A stretch of 64,000 nucleotides of DNA from a bacterium (GCA_963674695.2 CAXXGI010000002.1:320001-384000); one strand, 5' to 3'; shown: positions 1 through 10,550, numbered from the stretch's first letter. Numbers and translations are program-made. Notes: generated by a model from the letters alone, not told the origin.

Positions 1-1
1 T

Positions 2-298
2 GATCTTTTATTAATATCTGATCCCGTAGGATGGGAAGTCTTCTGTTCTCTTGTGCGCGCTGGGGATTCAGCTGCAGACATTCTCAATCAGAGGCTTACC
101 CAAACAAATTGGAAGACCGATAAATTCAAGGATTTTCTTTATTGTGTGCCTTGCCAATCCTCCGAGCCTCCTCATGAGGGGCTTTTGTCATTACATGAAG
201 ATATCGTCGAGGATATTTGCAAAACGTTTAACCGAGGGACTTATAAAAGACGGTCCATTGGTGACGAATGGAGACAGATCTTTCCAACATTATCGTAA
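2..298 (+). CDS. 3' end of a hypothetical protein (partial, AT-rich region)
   Basis: Frame is open from position 2 (DLLLISDPVGWEVF...) to TAA at 296-298; runs off the window edge. Confidence 0.55.
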   Translation, partial: DLLLISDPVGWEVFCSLVRAGDSAADILNQRLTQTNWKTDKFKDFLYCVPCQSSEPPHEGLLSLHEDIVEDICKTFNRGTYKRRSIGDEWRQIFPTLS

Positions 299-557
299 AG
301 TTGCTAAAACTTCGCACGATAAATGGTTTGTTTTCTGGTGTTTAAGCTCATGAATACAAATGCGTGGGACTGCCCTTTTTAACTCAAATTACGGGAGGCA
401 AGGCGGTTAATAAGGGCTATTAAGGGCCAAGTCTGAGGTAAATATCACCATGATCTCCATATCTCAACTCTATATATATGGGATGGAGGTTGGTGTTTGG
501 TTGTGAATTTGTCTAATCTGTCAGAAGAAGCAAGTGTAGGTGGCTGGCGGGGGTTAT

Positions 558-1394
558 TTATGGCTTGGCTGTATGTCCTTTGTATTCATCTAAGGTTTTG
601 GGTAGTGCCATGATGATGTTATTCTTTTTATTCATCATGAGTATAATCGGTTGGTCGATCCAACTATTCACATCGTTATTCCATTCTTCGGTTGCCACAA
701 GACCCATCTGAAGTCTAGTTGCTCCGTCAGCATCTTGAATTGCCAGATAACCATCATCAAGAGACGATTTCTTTAGTAACAATTTATTAACCTCCAGCTC
801 CCCAAGCGTGAGCCTGTCAAATTTTTTAGAACTGATTAATTCATTCCCGGTTTGAAATTGAAGCAAGATTGCCCCAACAAGTAAGGTGAGTATTGCAGTG
901 AAGACACTTGCTATCCATGTTCTGTTCCAGATCGGGTTTGGTCTTCCTCGTATGATTTGATCTATTTTGTTAATACGATTTTTGATTAATTCGCCCACGG
1001 GTATTTCAATTTCATGTCGCATTTCTGATTCCAACTGCTCATACAATGCATCGCCTATATTTATTCGGTCTATTTCTGCGCGACTTTTCATTGTTGCTTC
1101 ATGAAATTCATTATACCTATCGGAAAAGTATTTATCTAAAGGTTGCTCAAAAGAACTAATCGCTCTCTTGGCTGATCGGTTTGTAAGATAAGCTATATGT
1201 CTCTCTATGGAATCAAACATTGTTTCTAATGTTGCTTCCATTGTAACTCTATATGTCTTTCTTTCTTGCTTCCATCGATCCCCGCTACTTGCGAAACCGC
1301 GCTCATTGAGTTGTCCAGACACCATTTCATGCTTGGTGGTATATGACTGTTCAAATTTCATTTTAAGTTCTTGCAGGGCGAATTTAAGATCCAT
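558..1394 (-). CDS. Hypothetical single-pass membrane protein, AT-rich
   Basis: 278-aa ORF, SD AAGGAG upstream, one hydrophobic segment (WIASVFTAILTLLVGAILLQF); no recognised family. Confidence 0.65.
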   Translation of the reverse strand: MDLKFALQELKMKFEQSYTTKHEMVSGQLNERGFASSGDRWKQERKTYRVTMEATLETMFDSIERHIAYLTNRSAKRAISSFEQPLDKYFSDRYNEFHEATMKSRAEIDRINIGDALYEQLESEMRHEIEIPVGELIKNRINKIDQIIRGRPNPIWNRTWIASVFTAILTLLVGAILLQFQTGNELISSKKFDRLTLGELEVNKLLLKKSSLDDGYLAIQDADGATRLQMGLVATEEWNNDVNSWIDQPIILMMNKKNNIIMALPKTLDEYKGHTAKP

Positions 1395-1528
1395 TTTATC
1401 TCCTTAGGGCCTACCCATCACAAAATAAATCCCAATACGCTAATCAACAAGACTCCTGTATCCCACTCCCATTTGAACTGCAATTGAATCGGTAAGGTCA
1501 GTTCCCCAATGATTTCGCCATCACTCGA

Positions 1529-1723
1529 TGATCGGTCGAGGAGCTGCCGACTGCGCCTTGCCGGGAATCGGCGGGGACCCATCGCAAGTGGACGGGCGGT
1601 GGAGACCTCAGCCTCAACTTCACCTTCGGTGAGGTTGAGGAATGAGGTGGGTTCGCCGCCCGTCCGCTGCGAAAGGGTCGCCGATGGAGGCAGAAGCGCA
1701 GTCGGCAGCTCCTCGACCGATCA
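1529..1723 (+). repeat. 195-nt rod-like inverted repeat (candidate structured RNA or MITE)
   Basis: Perfect 28-bp arms 1529-1556 and 1696-1723 enclosing further imperfect stems with several G-T pairs on the + strand. Confidence 0.8.
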
Positions 1724-1787
1724 CACGCTTTGCGCATGCCGGTGAACGATTGGTTGTGGCCGGCCGACTCGACGGGCTTTGCTCTCG

Positions 1788-4385
1788 TCAATCTTTCCAT
1801 TTCACATACTGCGGATAGATCTCGCGGAAGTCGGGGTCGGCGGGGACGAGGCGGGCGCTGACTTCTTGCAGGCCCGTGCCGGTGAGCGGGAAGGAGCCCA
1901 CGAACTTGGCCACGCCGTCGGGGTAGCGTTCGACGAACGGGAGGTCCACGGTCGAGACGCGGCGCTTGCCGTCGTCGTGGACATAGAAGGCCTCGGCGGC
2001 GAAGAGTTTTTCATCCGTGTCATCGAGGTAGATGTAGCACTCGATCTGCATCTGCTCGCCCGAGACCGGCATGCGCCCGCTCACGTTCGTGAAGAAATCG
2101 CGCACGGCGAGTTTGGGCCAGACCGCATCGATCGTCTTGCGATGCTCGGCCATCTGCCTGAGCAGTGCGCCGTTGTCATCGAGGATGCGCTCCTGCATCT
2201 GTCGCTCCGGGAGATAGAAGCGGGTGATATATTCGCGCACGGTGCGGTGCATGTTGAAGCCGCAACAGACCGTCTCGATCGAGTGCTTCATCATCTCCAC
2301 CCAGTCCTGCGGGAGGTCGCTCTCGGTGCGGCGATAATAGAGGTCGGAGATGTCGTGCTCCAGCAGTTCGTAGAGGCGCATCGCCTCCAGCTCGTCGATG
2401 ATCTCCTGTTGCGCACCGGCAACCCCCGCGTCGATCGCCCAGCCGTTTTTTTCGTCGTAGGCCTCGGGCCACCAGCCATCGAGGACGCTCAGGTTCAGCA
2501 CGCCGTTGATGCCGGCCTTCATGCCGGAGGTGCCGCTGGCCTCCATGGGCCGGCGCGGCGTGTTGAGCCAGACGTCCACGCCCTGCACGATGTGCCGCGC
2601 GATGTTGATGTCGTAGTCCTCCAGAAAGACGACGTTGTTTTCCACCGGATAGCGGTTGATGAACTCCACGATGCGCGCGATGAGCTCCTTGCCGATGCCA
2701 TCGGCCGGATGCGCCTTGCCGGCGAAGACGAGCTGCACCGGTTTTTCTTCGTTCAAGAGGATCGCGGCCAGGCGGTCGGGATCGCGCAGCAGGAGGTCGG
2801 CGCGCTTGTATTCGGCAAACCGACGCGCGAATCCGATCGTGAGCGAGTCGGGGTTGAGCACGGAGTCGACATCCTTGACCTTCGGCGTGCAGTAGCCGCG
2901 CACGCGCATCGTCTCTCCGATGCGGCGGCGGATGAAGGAGACGACCTGCTCCTTGCGCCGACGGTGCGCGTTCCAGATCTCGCCGTCGGGGATGGTGCGC
3001 ACCTTCTTCCAGATCTCATCGTCATCGGAGCGGTGCAGATAGTCCGGACCGATGTAGCGGTTGAAGAGTTCGGTCATCTGTAGGCTCAGCCAACTCTGCA
3101 GGTGCACGCCGTTGGTCACGCCCTCGATGGGGAGTTCGCGCTCATGCAGCATGGGGTAGAGGTCGCGCCACATCGAGCGCGAGACCTCGGCGTGGATGTC
3201 GGAGACGCCGTTGGAGCGGCGCGCGAATCGCAACGCCATCGCGGGCAGCCAGAACTCCTCGCGCTCTTCCGGCTTTGTCTCCCCCTTCGGCCGGGGCTTC
3301 GGCGCGGGCTTGGACTCCTTGAGATGACCCCAGGAGAGGAATTCGTCCATCGAGATTCCGAGTGCCTTGATGTCGTTGCTCAGGTATTCGGTGATCAGCT
3401 CCTCGGTAAAGTGTTCGTTGCCCGCGGCCACGGGCGTGTGTGTCGTGAAGACCGTGCTATAGCGGATGATGCTGCGCGCCTCGTCGAGCGAGTGCTTCTG
3501 CGACTGCATGAGTTCCAAGAGGCGCTCGAGAATCGAGAAGGCGGTGTGCCCCTCGTTGAGGTGATAGATGCGCGGCTTGATGCCCAACGCGCGCAGGGCG
3601 ATCACGCTGCCGCGTCCGAGCAACAGCTCCTGTTCCAGACGAGGGCGTCGGCCCGGAGCGTAGAGGGTGCTGGTGATCTCTCGATGCTCGGGTTTGTTCT
3701 GATGGATGTTCGTGTCCATGAGGTAGAGCGGCACGCGCCCGACCTGGATGCGCCAGATCTTCACCATGACGCGTTCGTTCTTCAGCGGCACTTCGATTAC
3801 GAGCGGCTGTCCGTTCGCATCGGTCACCTCCTGCACGGCGCTCATGTACCAGGTGTTCTCGCGATACTCCTCGATCTGCGCGCCTTCGGAGGTGATGTGT
3901 TGATTGAAGTAGCCGTAGCGATAGAGCAGGCCGAAGCTGACCATCGAGCAGCCCACGTCCGAGGCCGCCTTGAGCTGATCGCCGGCGAGTACCGCGAGCC
4001 CGCCCGAATAGACCGGAAGCGATTCGTGCAGTCCGTACTCGGCGCAGATATAGGCGACGACCTCGTCCTGGGAAAAGGATGTGTCGCCTTCTTCGGTGAT
4101 GGAGGACCCCTCGAAGTTCATGTAGCTCTGGAACCGCTCCGAGACGCGGTCGAGTTCATAGAGAAACCCCTTGTCGTCGGCGATCTCTTTGAGCCGTTCG
4201 GGGCTCAGCCGACAGAGCAGCTCCACCGGGTTGTGGTTGACGCGACGAAAGAGCGCGGGATCGAGGCGGTGAAAGAGCTGCGCGGCGTCCTTGTCCCAAC
4301 AGGTCCAGATATTGAAAGCCAGGTCGTGCAACGGCTTGAGCCGTTCGGGGATCATCGGTTTGATGAAGAAGGTGCGAATATCCAT
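1788..4385 (-). CDS. glgP: Alpha-glucan (glycogen/maltodextrin) phosphorylase, GT35
   Basis: [28 protein letters not shown] and [11 protein letters not shown] (PLP lysine) motifs; GGAGG SD before ATG at 4385. Confidence 0.95.
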   Translation of the reverse strand: MDIRTFFIKPMIPERLKPLHDLAFNIWTCWDKDAAQLFHRLDPALFRRVNHNPVELLCRLSPERLKEIADDKGFLYELDRVSERFQSYMNFEGSSITEEGDTSFSQDEVVAYICAEYGLHESLPVYSGGLAVLAGDQLKAASDVGCSMVSFGLLYRYGYFNQHITSEGAQIEEYRENTWYMSAVQEVTDANGQPLVIEVPLKNERVMVKIWRIQVGRVPLYLMDTNIHQNKPEHREITSTLYAPGRRPRLEQELLLGRGSVIALRALGIKPRIYHLNEGHTAFSILERLLELMQSQKHSLDEARSIIRYSTVFTTHTPVAAGNEHFTEELITEYLSNDIKALGISMDEFLSWGHLKESKPAPKPRPKGETKPEEREEFWLPAMALRFARRSNGVSDIHAEVSRSMWRDLYPMLHERELPIEGVTNGVHLQSWLSLQMTELFNRYIGPDYLHRSDDDEIWKKVRTIPDGEIWNAHRRRKEQVVSFIRRRIGETMRVRGYCTPKVKDVDSVLNPDSLTIGFARRFAEYKRADLLLRDPDRLAAILLNEEKPVQLVFAGKAHPADGIGKELIARIVEFINRYPVENNVVFLEDYDINIARHIVQGVDVWLNTPRRPMEASGTSGMKAGINGVLNLSVLDGWWPEAYDEKNGWAIDAGVAGAQQEIIDELEAMRLYELLEHDISDLYYRRTESDLPQDWVEMMKHSIETVCCGFNMHRTVREYITRFYLPERQMQERILDDNGALLRQMAEHRKTIDAVWPKLAVRDFFTNVSGRMPVSGEQMQIECYIYLDDTDEKLFAAEAFYVHDDGKRRVSTVDLPFVERYPDGVAKFVGSFPLTGTGLQEVSARLVPADPDFREIYPQYVKWKD

Positions 4386-4401
4386 GGTGTCCTCCCGGGG
4401 A

Positions 4402-5598
4402 TCAGTAGAGTTCATCCCGCAGATGTGCGAGCGCGTTCATGTAGAAGAGGTAGGCCTGTTCCGGCGATTGATACGGTGAAAAATACTTGTGCACGTCGCC
4501 GTCCTGAAAATATTTGGTGCACATATAATAGAAGTGATCCGAGGTCGACAGCCTGCGCGCGCGATCGAGCAGGTCGTCGCGGCCGCGTGTTTTGATCTCG
4601 CGCAGGATCTCATAGAAGGCCTCGCAGGCGTTGCGTTGCAGGTCGTTCTCCAGCCACGCGGAGAGGTCGCGCTCGGTATCCGCCCAGGAAACCGGCTCCG
4701 GATACGAGAGCACCTCCGGCTCATAGTTGGTCATGTGGAGCACATCGGAGGGCCAGGCAAACCCCATGTGCGGGCGCTGAAAAATCTTCTCCGGAAGATG
4801 GCGCATGAACTCGAAGATGCCGGTGTCGGCCCACTGGTGTTCGCCGAAGGTCTCGTAGTCCATGAAGAGGTTGAGGAAGAGGTTGCGATCATTGTGTTCG
4901 ATGAGCGAGAGCTTTTCCACCCACCCGGCGAACTTCTCGGCGGTCAGCGGAAATTCCGGCCAGGCCCGGTTGGAGAAGCGAAACGCGATGTCGTCGGCGA
5001 GGCTGTAGTATTTCAGCAGGAGCAGCATGTTGTGGTTCTGTGACCGATAGGTATAGAGCGGCGAGCGCCAGCCCAGGCGTTTCTCCACGCCTTCGGCCAG
5101 GATCACCTTGAAGCCGGCCTCCTCCCAGACGGTGTCGGCGATCTCGTCCTGATAGATCAGCTCCGTGTTGCGAAAGACCGTCGGCGTTGCACCGAACTCT
5201 TCCTGCATGAGCTTCTTGTGCATGCGCACCTGCGTGAGGAACTCTTCCTTGTCGTAGAGCGATGCCAACGAATGATAATAGGTCTCGCCCAGGAACTCGA
5301 CGCAGCCGGTGCGCGCCAAGGCCCGGAAGGAGTCGAGCACCTCGGGCTGGTAGGCGCGAAACTGTTCGATGGCCACGCCCGTGATGGAGAAGGCGACGCG
5401 GAAACGCCCTTCATAGCGTTCGGCCAGTTCCAGCAGGAGCTTGTTTGTGGGCAGGTAACATTTCTCGGCCACCTTCTGGATGACGGCGCGGTTGAGCCCA
5501 TCGTCGAAATAGTTGCCGCCGTCGCCCGCATCGAGCAGGCGCAGATGCTTGAGCCGGTAGGGCTGGTGGACCTGGAAGTAGAAGACTACGTGCAGCAT
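4402..5598 (-). CDS. Glycoside hydrolase family 57 (alpha-amylase-like)
   Basis: FQVHQPYRL, FRNTEL, FMDYETFGEHQW, SWADTERDLSAW and TSDHFYYM motifs. Confidence 0.93.
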   Translation of the reverse strand: MLHVVFYFQVHQPYRLKHLRLLDAGDGGNYFDDGLNRAVIQKVAEKCYLPTNKLLLELAERYEGRFRVAFSITGVAIEQFRAYQPEVLDSFRALARTGCVEFLGETYYHSLASLYDKEEFLTQVRMHKKLMQEEFGATPTVFRNTELIYQDEIADTVWEEAGFKVILAEGVEKRLGWRSPLYTYRSQNHNMLLLLKYYSLADDIAFRFSNRAWPEFPLTAEKFAGWVEKLSLIEHNDRNLFLNLFMDYETFGEHQWADTGIFEFMRHLPEKIFQRPHMGFAWPSDVLHMTNYEPEVLSYPEPVSWADTERDLSAWLENDLQRNACEAFYEILREIKTRGRDDLLDRARRLSTSDHFYYMCTKYFQDGDVHKYFSPYQSPEQAYLFYMNALAHLRDELY

Positions 5599-6890
5599 AG
5601 CAGTTCCCGATAGGCCTCGTGTGTTTTTTCGGCGGCGCGATGCCATTCGATGGCCATGGCTTCCTGTTGGCCGGCCAGGGCGACGCGTTCGCGCTCTTCC
5701 GGATGTTCCAACAGGTGCACGATGGTGTCGGCCATCTCTTCGACATCCCAGAAGTTGATCTTGTAGGCGTTGGAGATCACCTCCGCCACGCCCGACTGTT
5801 TGGAGACGATCGCCACCGCGCCGGAAGCCATCGCCTCCAGCGGCACGATGCCGAACGGTTCGGAGATGGACGGCAGCATCAGGATGTCGGTCGTGGCCAA
5901 CAGCGCATCGACCTGATCGCGGTCCAAAAATCCCGTCGCGAGGAAGCGGTCTTTCAACCTGCGGGCGGCAGCGCCGTGCAGGATGCGCGAGAACATGTCG
6001 CCGCTGCCGGCCAGGACGAAGCGCACGCGTTCATGGCGCGCCAACACGCGTGCGGCGACATCGAGAAAGTAATCGGGTCCCTTTTGCAGCGTGACGCGTC
6101 CGAGCAGGAGCACGATCGGGTCGCGAAAAAGACGATGGCGCGCGCGCGGCTTTCCGGGGAGCGTGTGCGCATTGTGCACCACGCGCACCTTTTCCATCGG
6201 GATGCGATAGCGGTCGCAGATCATCTGCGCGGTATACTGGGAGACGGCGATGATCTGGTCGGCGGCCATGAGCCCCGCGTATTCGATCTTGTGAATGCGC
6301 TCATCCCCCGGCCCGCCCGCGCGGTCGAACTCGGTGGCGTGGATGTGGGCGATCAGCGGTTTTCCCAGGATGTGTTTCAGGATGATGCCGGCTGGATAGG
6401 TGAGCCAGTCGTGCGCATGGATCGCATCGCATTCGATCGCCGAGGCGAACTTCGCCGCTCGTGCGGCATAGGCGCGCACGCGTCGGAAGAGATCCTCCTC
6501 GCCGTTCATGTGGAGGGAGAGTTCTTCGATGCCCGGCAGCGGATGGGTCGTCGCACCCGTTTCGATCTGTGCGAGCACTCGTTCGAAGAGGGCGGGCGTG
6601 GTGTACGATTCCGGAAGCGTCATCAACCCCAGCTGCACCAGGCGTTGGCGCAGCTCGCCTTCGATCGTGGGCGCGCCCTGCGCCTGCCGGGTCGCATCGA
6701 GAAAGGCGGCCGGAAGCGAATCGGAATCGGCGGTCTGTCGCAGCGGAAAGAAGACCTCTTCGCTCGTCGGCAGGAGCATGTCGAGCTGGATGCCTATGTC
6801 CAGCAGGCCCTTGAACAGGCCATAGCAGGCCATGCCCAAGCCGCCCGAGATGAAGGGCGGAAATTCCCATGTGAGCATGAGGATCTTCAT
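5586..6890 (-). CDS. GT4 glycosyltransferase (glucan synthase-like)
   Basis: TWEFPP..SGGLG, HAHDW, QKGPDYF, PSISEPFGIVPLEAM; TGATG overlap with the upstream gene. Confidence 0.92.
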   Translation of the reverse strand: MKILMLTWEFPPFISGGLGMACYGLFKGLLDIGIQLDMLLPTSEEVFFPLRQTADSDSLPAAFLDATRQAQGAPTIEGELRQRLVQLGLMTLPESYTTPALFERVLAQIETGATTHPLPGIEELSLHMNGEEDLFRRVRAYAARAAKFASAIECDAIHAHDWLTYPAGIILKHILGKPLIAHIHATEFDRAGGPGDERIHKIEYAGLMAADQIIAVSQYTAQMICDRYRIPMEKVRVVHNAHTLPGKPRARHRLFRDPIVLLLGRVTLQKGPDYFLDVAARVLARHERVRFVLAGSGDMFSRILHGAAARRLKDRFLATGFLDRDQVDALLATTDILMLPSISEPFGIVPLEAMASGAVAIVSKQSGVAEVISNAYKINFWDVEEMADTIVHLLEHPEERERVALAGQQEAMAIEWHRAAEKTHEAYRELLCCT

Positions 6891-8905
6891 CAGGCGCCCT
6901 GTCCGTTCTGAGCATCCAGCAACAGGTGCTCGATCTCCAGCAGGGCGAAGACGCTCCAGGCCTGAGCGGGGCAGCCCTTGGGAAGCTTGGGGTCGATGCC
7001 GTCCCAGATCTCGGGGATCGAGGCCAGCTCGCCGCGCATCAGGTCGTTGCGCAGCGTCCAGGCGGTGCGCGTGGCTTCCTTGATCCAACCCTCATCCGAG
7101 CCGTTTTGCTTCAGGACCTTTCGCGCGAGCATCACATAGGGGAGCAGGAGGAAGGTCCAGACCGTCCCCTGATGATAGGCGAAATCGCGCTGTTTCTGCG
7201 AGCCGACATACTTCTGTTTGAAGGCCGGATTCGCCGGATCGAGGCTGCGCAGCCCATACGGCGTGAGGAGCTTTTCCCGCGCGGTGCGGAAGACGCGTGC
7301 GCAGACATCTGTATCCACGACGTCGAAGGGGAGCGAGAGCGCGATGACCGCATTGGGCCGAATCTCCCAGATGGGGCTGTCCCCTTCGATGCGATCGGCC
7401 AAAAAATTTTCACCCACGAAGGCGGAAAACGACTGGCGAACCTTCTCCGCATGGGCGGCGACGGTGGCGATGTCGCATCGCTGCGAATGGCATTCGAGTT
7501 CACCCACGCCCTGAATCTCGGCCATGGCGACCACCGCGCGCAGCGCGTTGTACCAGAGGGCGTTGATCTCCACGGGTTTGCCCCAACGCGGGGTGACGGG
7601 TTTGCCGTAGATCTTGGCGTCCATCCAGGTCAGCCCGTAGTCGCCCTGCTGGATCTCGATGAGACCGTCTTCGCTCGTGAAGAACGGGTGCCGATCGTCG
7701 AAGAGGTAGTGCAGCACCACGCGGCCGGCGGCGTTCAAGAGATCGCGATCGGTCGGTGCATATTCGAAGCAGCGCAGGGCGAACCAGAGCGGCGCGTCGA
7801 TGCTGTCGTAGTTGAGCCCCTCGCCCCCTTCGCCGAAGGTGTTCGGCAGCAGGCCATGCCGGAGTGCTTTGGCGTAGCGCTTCAGGAGCCCCACCCCTCG
7901 CTTCGTTCCGCCTTTCAGTCGGCGCAAACCCCCCAGACAGATGAGCGAGTCGCGCGCCCAGGCGCCGAACCAAGGATATCCGGCCAGGAGGTCCGAATCG
8001 GCGCCGAAAAAATCGCGCGCCGCAAACTCGAGGATCTGCAGGGCCTCGTTCTTTTCGAAGAGGATGGCATCGGTGTGCTTCGGCGTGGTCGTCGCCCCCG
8101 CACGTTTGGGGTGATCCGCCGGAAGCGGAAGCTTCGCATAGCGCTTCTGCGCCTGCTCAGCGATCTCGAAGGGGGCGTCGAGCGGTTCGGCCGAACAGAC
8201 AAACCGCACGCTCTCCTGCGGCGCGAGCGTGCACCGGATTCGGAAGGGGGCGATGAGATCCTCGGCGGCATCGTAGCCGCGCGCGGCCTCCAGCGGATAG
8301 AAGACGGAGCGATAGATGGCCTGGTCTTCCAAGATCTCTCCGTGCTCGATGTAGCCGCAGGCGCCGTATCCGTTATCGCTGCGACGCACGGTGAAAAAAC
8401 CATCGTTCGTTCCACGTTCCAGGCCCACCCGATCCCACGTGCCGGGGGTGTTCACCGCATGGTGATCGCGCAGCGTGAACTTCGGGCGCAGCGTCAGTTC
8501 GATCGGTTGTTCGCCCCGGTTGGTGTAGCGAACGACGACGACGTTTTTTCCTTCGGCCAGGAAGATCTCCTTGAAGACCACAAACCCGGGATTCGGGGGG
8601 AGGGTGGAGAAGAGGGCGCACGGATAGGGGCGCAGCCACGATTCCACGATGTGGGCCGCACCGTTCGGATGGATGCAGTTGAGGTAGTGGTTGCTGTCGA
8701 GGGGAAAGACGGTGCCGCCGGATTCGACCTGTTCTTCGATTGTGGCGAGCGTGTGCACCCGCTTGTGCTGATGGCGTTCGGCGATGAGCAGGCCGTCGTA
8801 TTTGCGCTTGTTGACCATGTTGCCAAAGCCGAGCGCATACGCGCCCGTGCCGTTGGTCAGGATCCACTCGCGGTCGGAGATGCAACCCAGCGCCGGGGCA
8901 TTCAT
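6890..8905 (-). CDS. Amylo-alpha-1,6-glucosidase / archaeal-type glycogen debranching enzyme
   Basis: REWILTNGTGAYA, AGYPWF..WARD, LTWMDAK, YHQGTVW, GCPAQAWS. Confidence 0.92.
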   Translation of the reverse strand: MNAPALGCISDREWILTNGTGAYALGFGNMVNKRKYDGLLIAERHQHKRVHTLATIEEQVESGGTVFPLDSNHYLNCIHPNGAAHIVESWLRPYPCALFSTLPPNPGFVVFKEIFLAEGKNVVVVRYTNRGEQPIELTLRPKFTLRDHHAVNTPGTWDRVGLERGTNDGFFTVRRSDNGYGACGYIEHGEILEDQAIYRSVFYPLEAARGYDAAEDLIAPFRIRCTLAPQESVRFVCSAEPLDAPFEIAEQAQKRYAKLPLPADHPKRAGATTTPKHTDAILFEKNEALQILEFAARDFFGADSDLLAGYPWFGAWARDSLICLGGLRRLKGGTKRGVGLLKRYAKALRHGLLPNTFGEGGEGLNYDSIDAPLWFALRCFEYAPTDRDLLNAAGRVVLHYLFDDRHPFFTSEDGLIEIQQGDYGLTWMDAKIYGKPVTPRWGKPVEINALWYNALRAVVAMAEIQGVGELECHSQRCDIATVAAHAEKVRQSFSAFVGENFLADRIEGDSPIWEIRPNAVIALSLPFDVVDTDVCARVFRTAREKLLTPYGLRSLDPANPAFKQKYVGSQKQRDFAYHQGTVWTFLLLPYVMLARKVLKQNGSDEGWIKEATRTAWTLRNDLMRGELASIPEIWDGIDPKLPKGCPAQAWSVFALLEIEHLLLDAQNGQGA

Positions 8906-9013
8906 GAAACGATCCTTTCGGGATGGGAAATCCCTCCCTATCTATCAGCGCGCTGGGGTGGAGGCAATTCAAATGCGATTGCGGTATGCGATTTTTAAGG
9001 TGGTTTATCTGTG

Positions 9014-9166
9014 GGGCACTTCTAAAAACCCGGTTGTGACTGTCATCCCCGAATGGGGTAATCGGGGATCCAGTTCCGGACAGTCGTACACACAGGCACC
9101 TGGCTGGATTCCCGCTTTAAGCATGCGGGAATGACATGCGTAAAGAGCACGTTTTTTGAGGTGCCC
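9014..9166. mobile_element. MITE-like element with GGGCAC(T/C)TC..AAAAC terminal inverted repeats and an internal GTCAT-type REP pair
   Basis: gggcacttctaaaaac ... gttttttgaggtgccc; internal gtcatccccg...gcgggaatgac; the same ends occur at 33419-33549. Confidence 0.7.
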
Positions 9167-9251
9167 TATTGCCAACGCGAACAAAAAACGATAGGAGCCT
9201 ACCCAGCATTTTGGCACATCATAATGGATCAGAACGATTGGGAGGGTTTCC

Positions 9252-9461
9252 ATGGTTCAGCGTATTATCCGGATGATCAAACCCCGCCGCCGCATAACGA
9301 AGGACTCGACCTTGCCGACGGTTTCTGAAGAGCAGTTCGCCGAGTTGACCCAGCAGCGGGCTTTCGAACTCTATTCCCGCCGTGGAACGGATCAGGGCGA
9401 TGCCCTGGCCGACTGGCTCGAGGCCGAGCAACAGGTCCGGGTGGAAGTCGAAGTCGGATAA
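9252..9461 (+). CDS. Small DUF2934-like protein
   Basis: RAFELYSRRG..QGDALADWLEAEQQV resembles the DUF2934 signature; GGAGG SD. Confidence 0.7.
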   Translation: MVQRIIRMIKPRRRITKDSTLPTVSEEQFAELTQQRAFELYSRRGTDQGDALADWLEAEQQVRVEVEVG

Positions 9462-9481
9462 GTGCGGCCTGTCGGTGTCGA

Positions 9482-10099
9482 TTACGGCACGAGTCTCATC
9501 GCAGCGCTCCAGAGGAAATAACCGCCGAACGCCGTCATGATCAGGCCGCAGAGGCGCAGGACCCAGCGTTGCCAGGCCCCGCCCAACCGAATGGAACGCG
9601 CGGCACCATACCCCACCAATCCATACCAGCAGAGATCCACGAGGATGTGCGCCAGAAAGGCGAGGATGAGCACCCCTGCCGACCACTCGAGCGCTCGGGC
9701 GATGATCGCCGCACCGGCGGTGGCCCACCAGAGAAAGAAATAGGGATTGAGCGAAGCGATGATGCCGGCGGCGATGGAGCGGCGAGTACGCTTTCCTTCG
9801 GGCATGATCGCTATTGCCGGTTGTGCGCGCAGGTTCTCGATGCCCATCCCGATGAGCATCGCGCCACCGGCGAGCCCCACGACGACATAGGTGGTTGGAC
9901 CCTTCAGGAAGTGCGCAAGTCCGAAGGCGATGAGCAGGACGAGTGGCCCTTCGACGGCAGCGTGCCCGACAACGACTTCGAGTCCCGCCCAGCGGTTGCG
10001 CGGCGCGGCGCCGATCACGACCGCCAAGACCGGTCCGGGCATCAGCGCACCTGAAGTTGAGATGGCGGCAACCGAGAGGAGAAAGAGGAGGATGTCCAT
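9482..10099 (-). CDS. LysE-family exporter
   Basis: SGALMPGP, VVGHAAVE, SLNPYFFLWW; multiple TM segments. Confidence 0.88.
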   Translation of the reverse strand: MDILLFLLSVAAISTSGALMPGPVLAVVIGAAPRNRWAGLEVVVGHAAVEGPLVLLIAFGLAHFLKGPTTYVVVGLAGGAMLIGMGIENLRAQPAIAIMPEGKRTRRSIAAGIIASLNPYFFLWWATAGAAIIARALEWSAGVLILAFLAHILVDLCWYGLVGYGAARSIRLGGAWQRWVLRLCGLIMTAFGGYFLWSAAMRLVP

Positions 10100-10102
10100 G
10101 GG

Positions 10103-10282
10103 TCAGGCGATCAATTCCAGCATGCGCTCGGCCAGGCGCACGTGTTCGATTTCGTCTTGGCGGATCACTTCGATTTTTTCGCGCACCTCTGCATCCTGCA
10201 CTTGGTCGAGAATATTTGTATAAATCTCGACGGCCCGCTGCTCCACCTCAAGGATTTTTTCAAACTCAGTTTTAGAAATCAT
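10103..10282 (-). CDS. Half-ferritin-like two-helix protein B' (59 aa, absent from the ORF track)
   Basis: Hand translation MISKTEFEKILEVEQRAVEIYTNILDQVQDAEVREKIEVIRQDEIEHVRLAERMLELIA; E...DExxH motif; clear paralogue of 10551-10733. Confidence 0.82.
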   Translation of the reverse strand: MISKTEFEKILEVEQRAVEIYTNILDQVQDAEVREKIEVIRQDEIEHVRLAERMLELIA

Positions 10283-10517
10283 CGGCGTCCTTTCCGCGAA
10301 TCAGTTCTTCGGTTTCATGCACCAGTTTTTTATGGCGTTCCGAGTCGGTCTTGATCGTCGTGAGGATGCTGCGGATCTCATCGCGCGCTTCGGGCGAGAC
10401 GCCGAAATCGGCGTTGCGCTCGATGTGAAACGAGAGGATCTGCGCCAGAGCGTTGATATGAGATTCCTCCAGCGCGTGGGCATCTTTGAGGGATTGCAGC
10501 AGGAGATCGCGGTGCAT
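10272..10517 (-). CDS. Half-ferritin-like two-helix protein A' (81 aa)
   Basis: GAGGAG SD before ATG at 10517; LEES...TDSERH; paralogue of 10723-10962. Confidence 0.8.
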   Translation of the reverse strand: MHRDLLLQSLKDAHALEESHINALAQILSFHIERNADFGVSPEARDEIRSILTTIKTDSERHKKLVHETEELIRGKDADDF

Positions 10518-10550
10518 GTGGTGCTCCTCGATGAAGGGTGCGTTGGCCAA

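Noticed and set aside
1529-1723. 6S RNA, retron msr-msd or integron attC
   Set aside because: No large central bubble or typical 6S context; no RT or branched msr structure; no RYYYAAC/GTTRRRY ends, and it is longer than typical attC sites.
1779-8998. Long + strand ORFs (434, 497, 430, 690 aa) and similar ones at 14687-17014, 34718-36178, 41256-42785 and 62753-63997
   Set aside because: Antisense shadows of well-supported genes in GC-rich DNA; no motifs.
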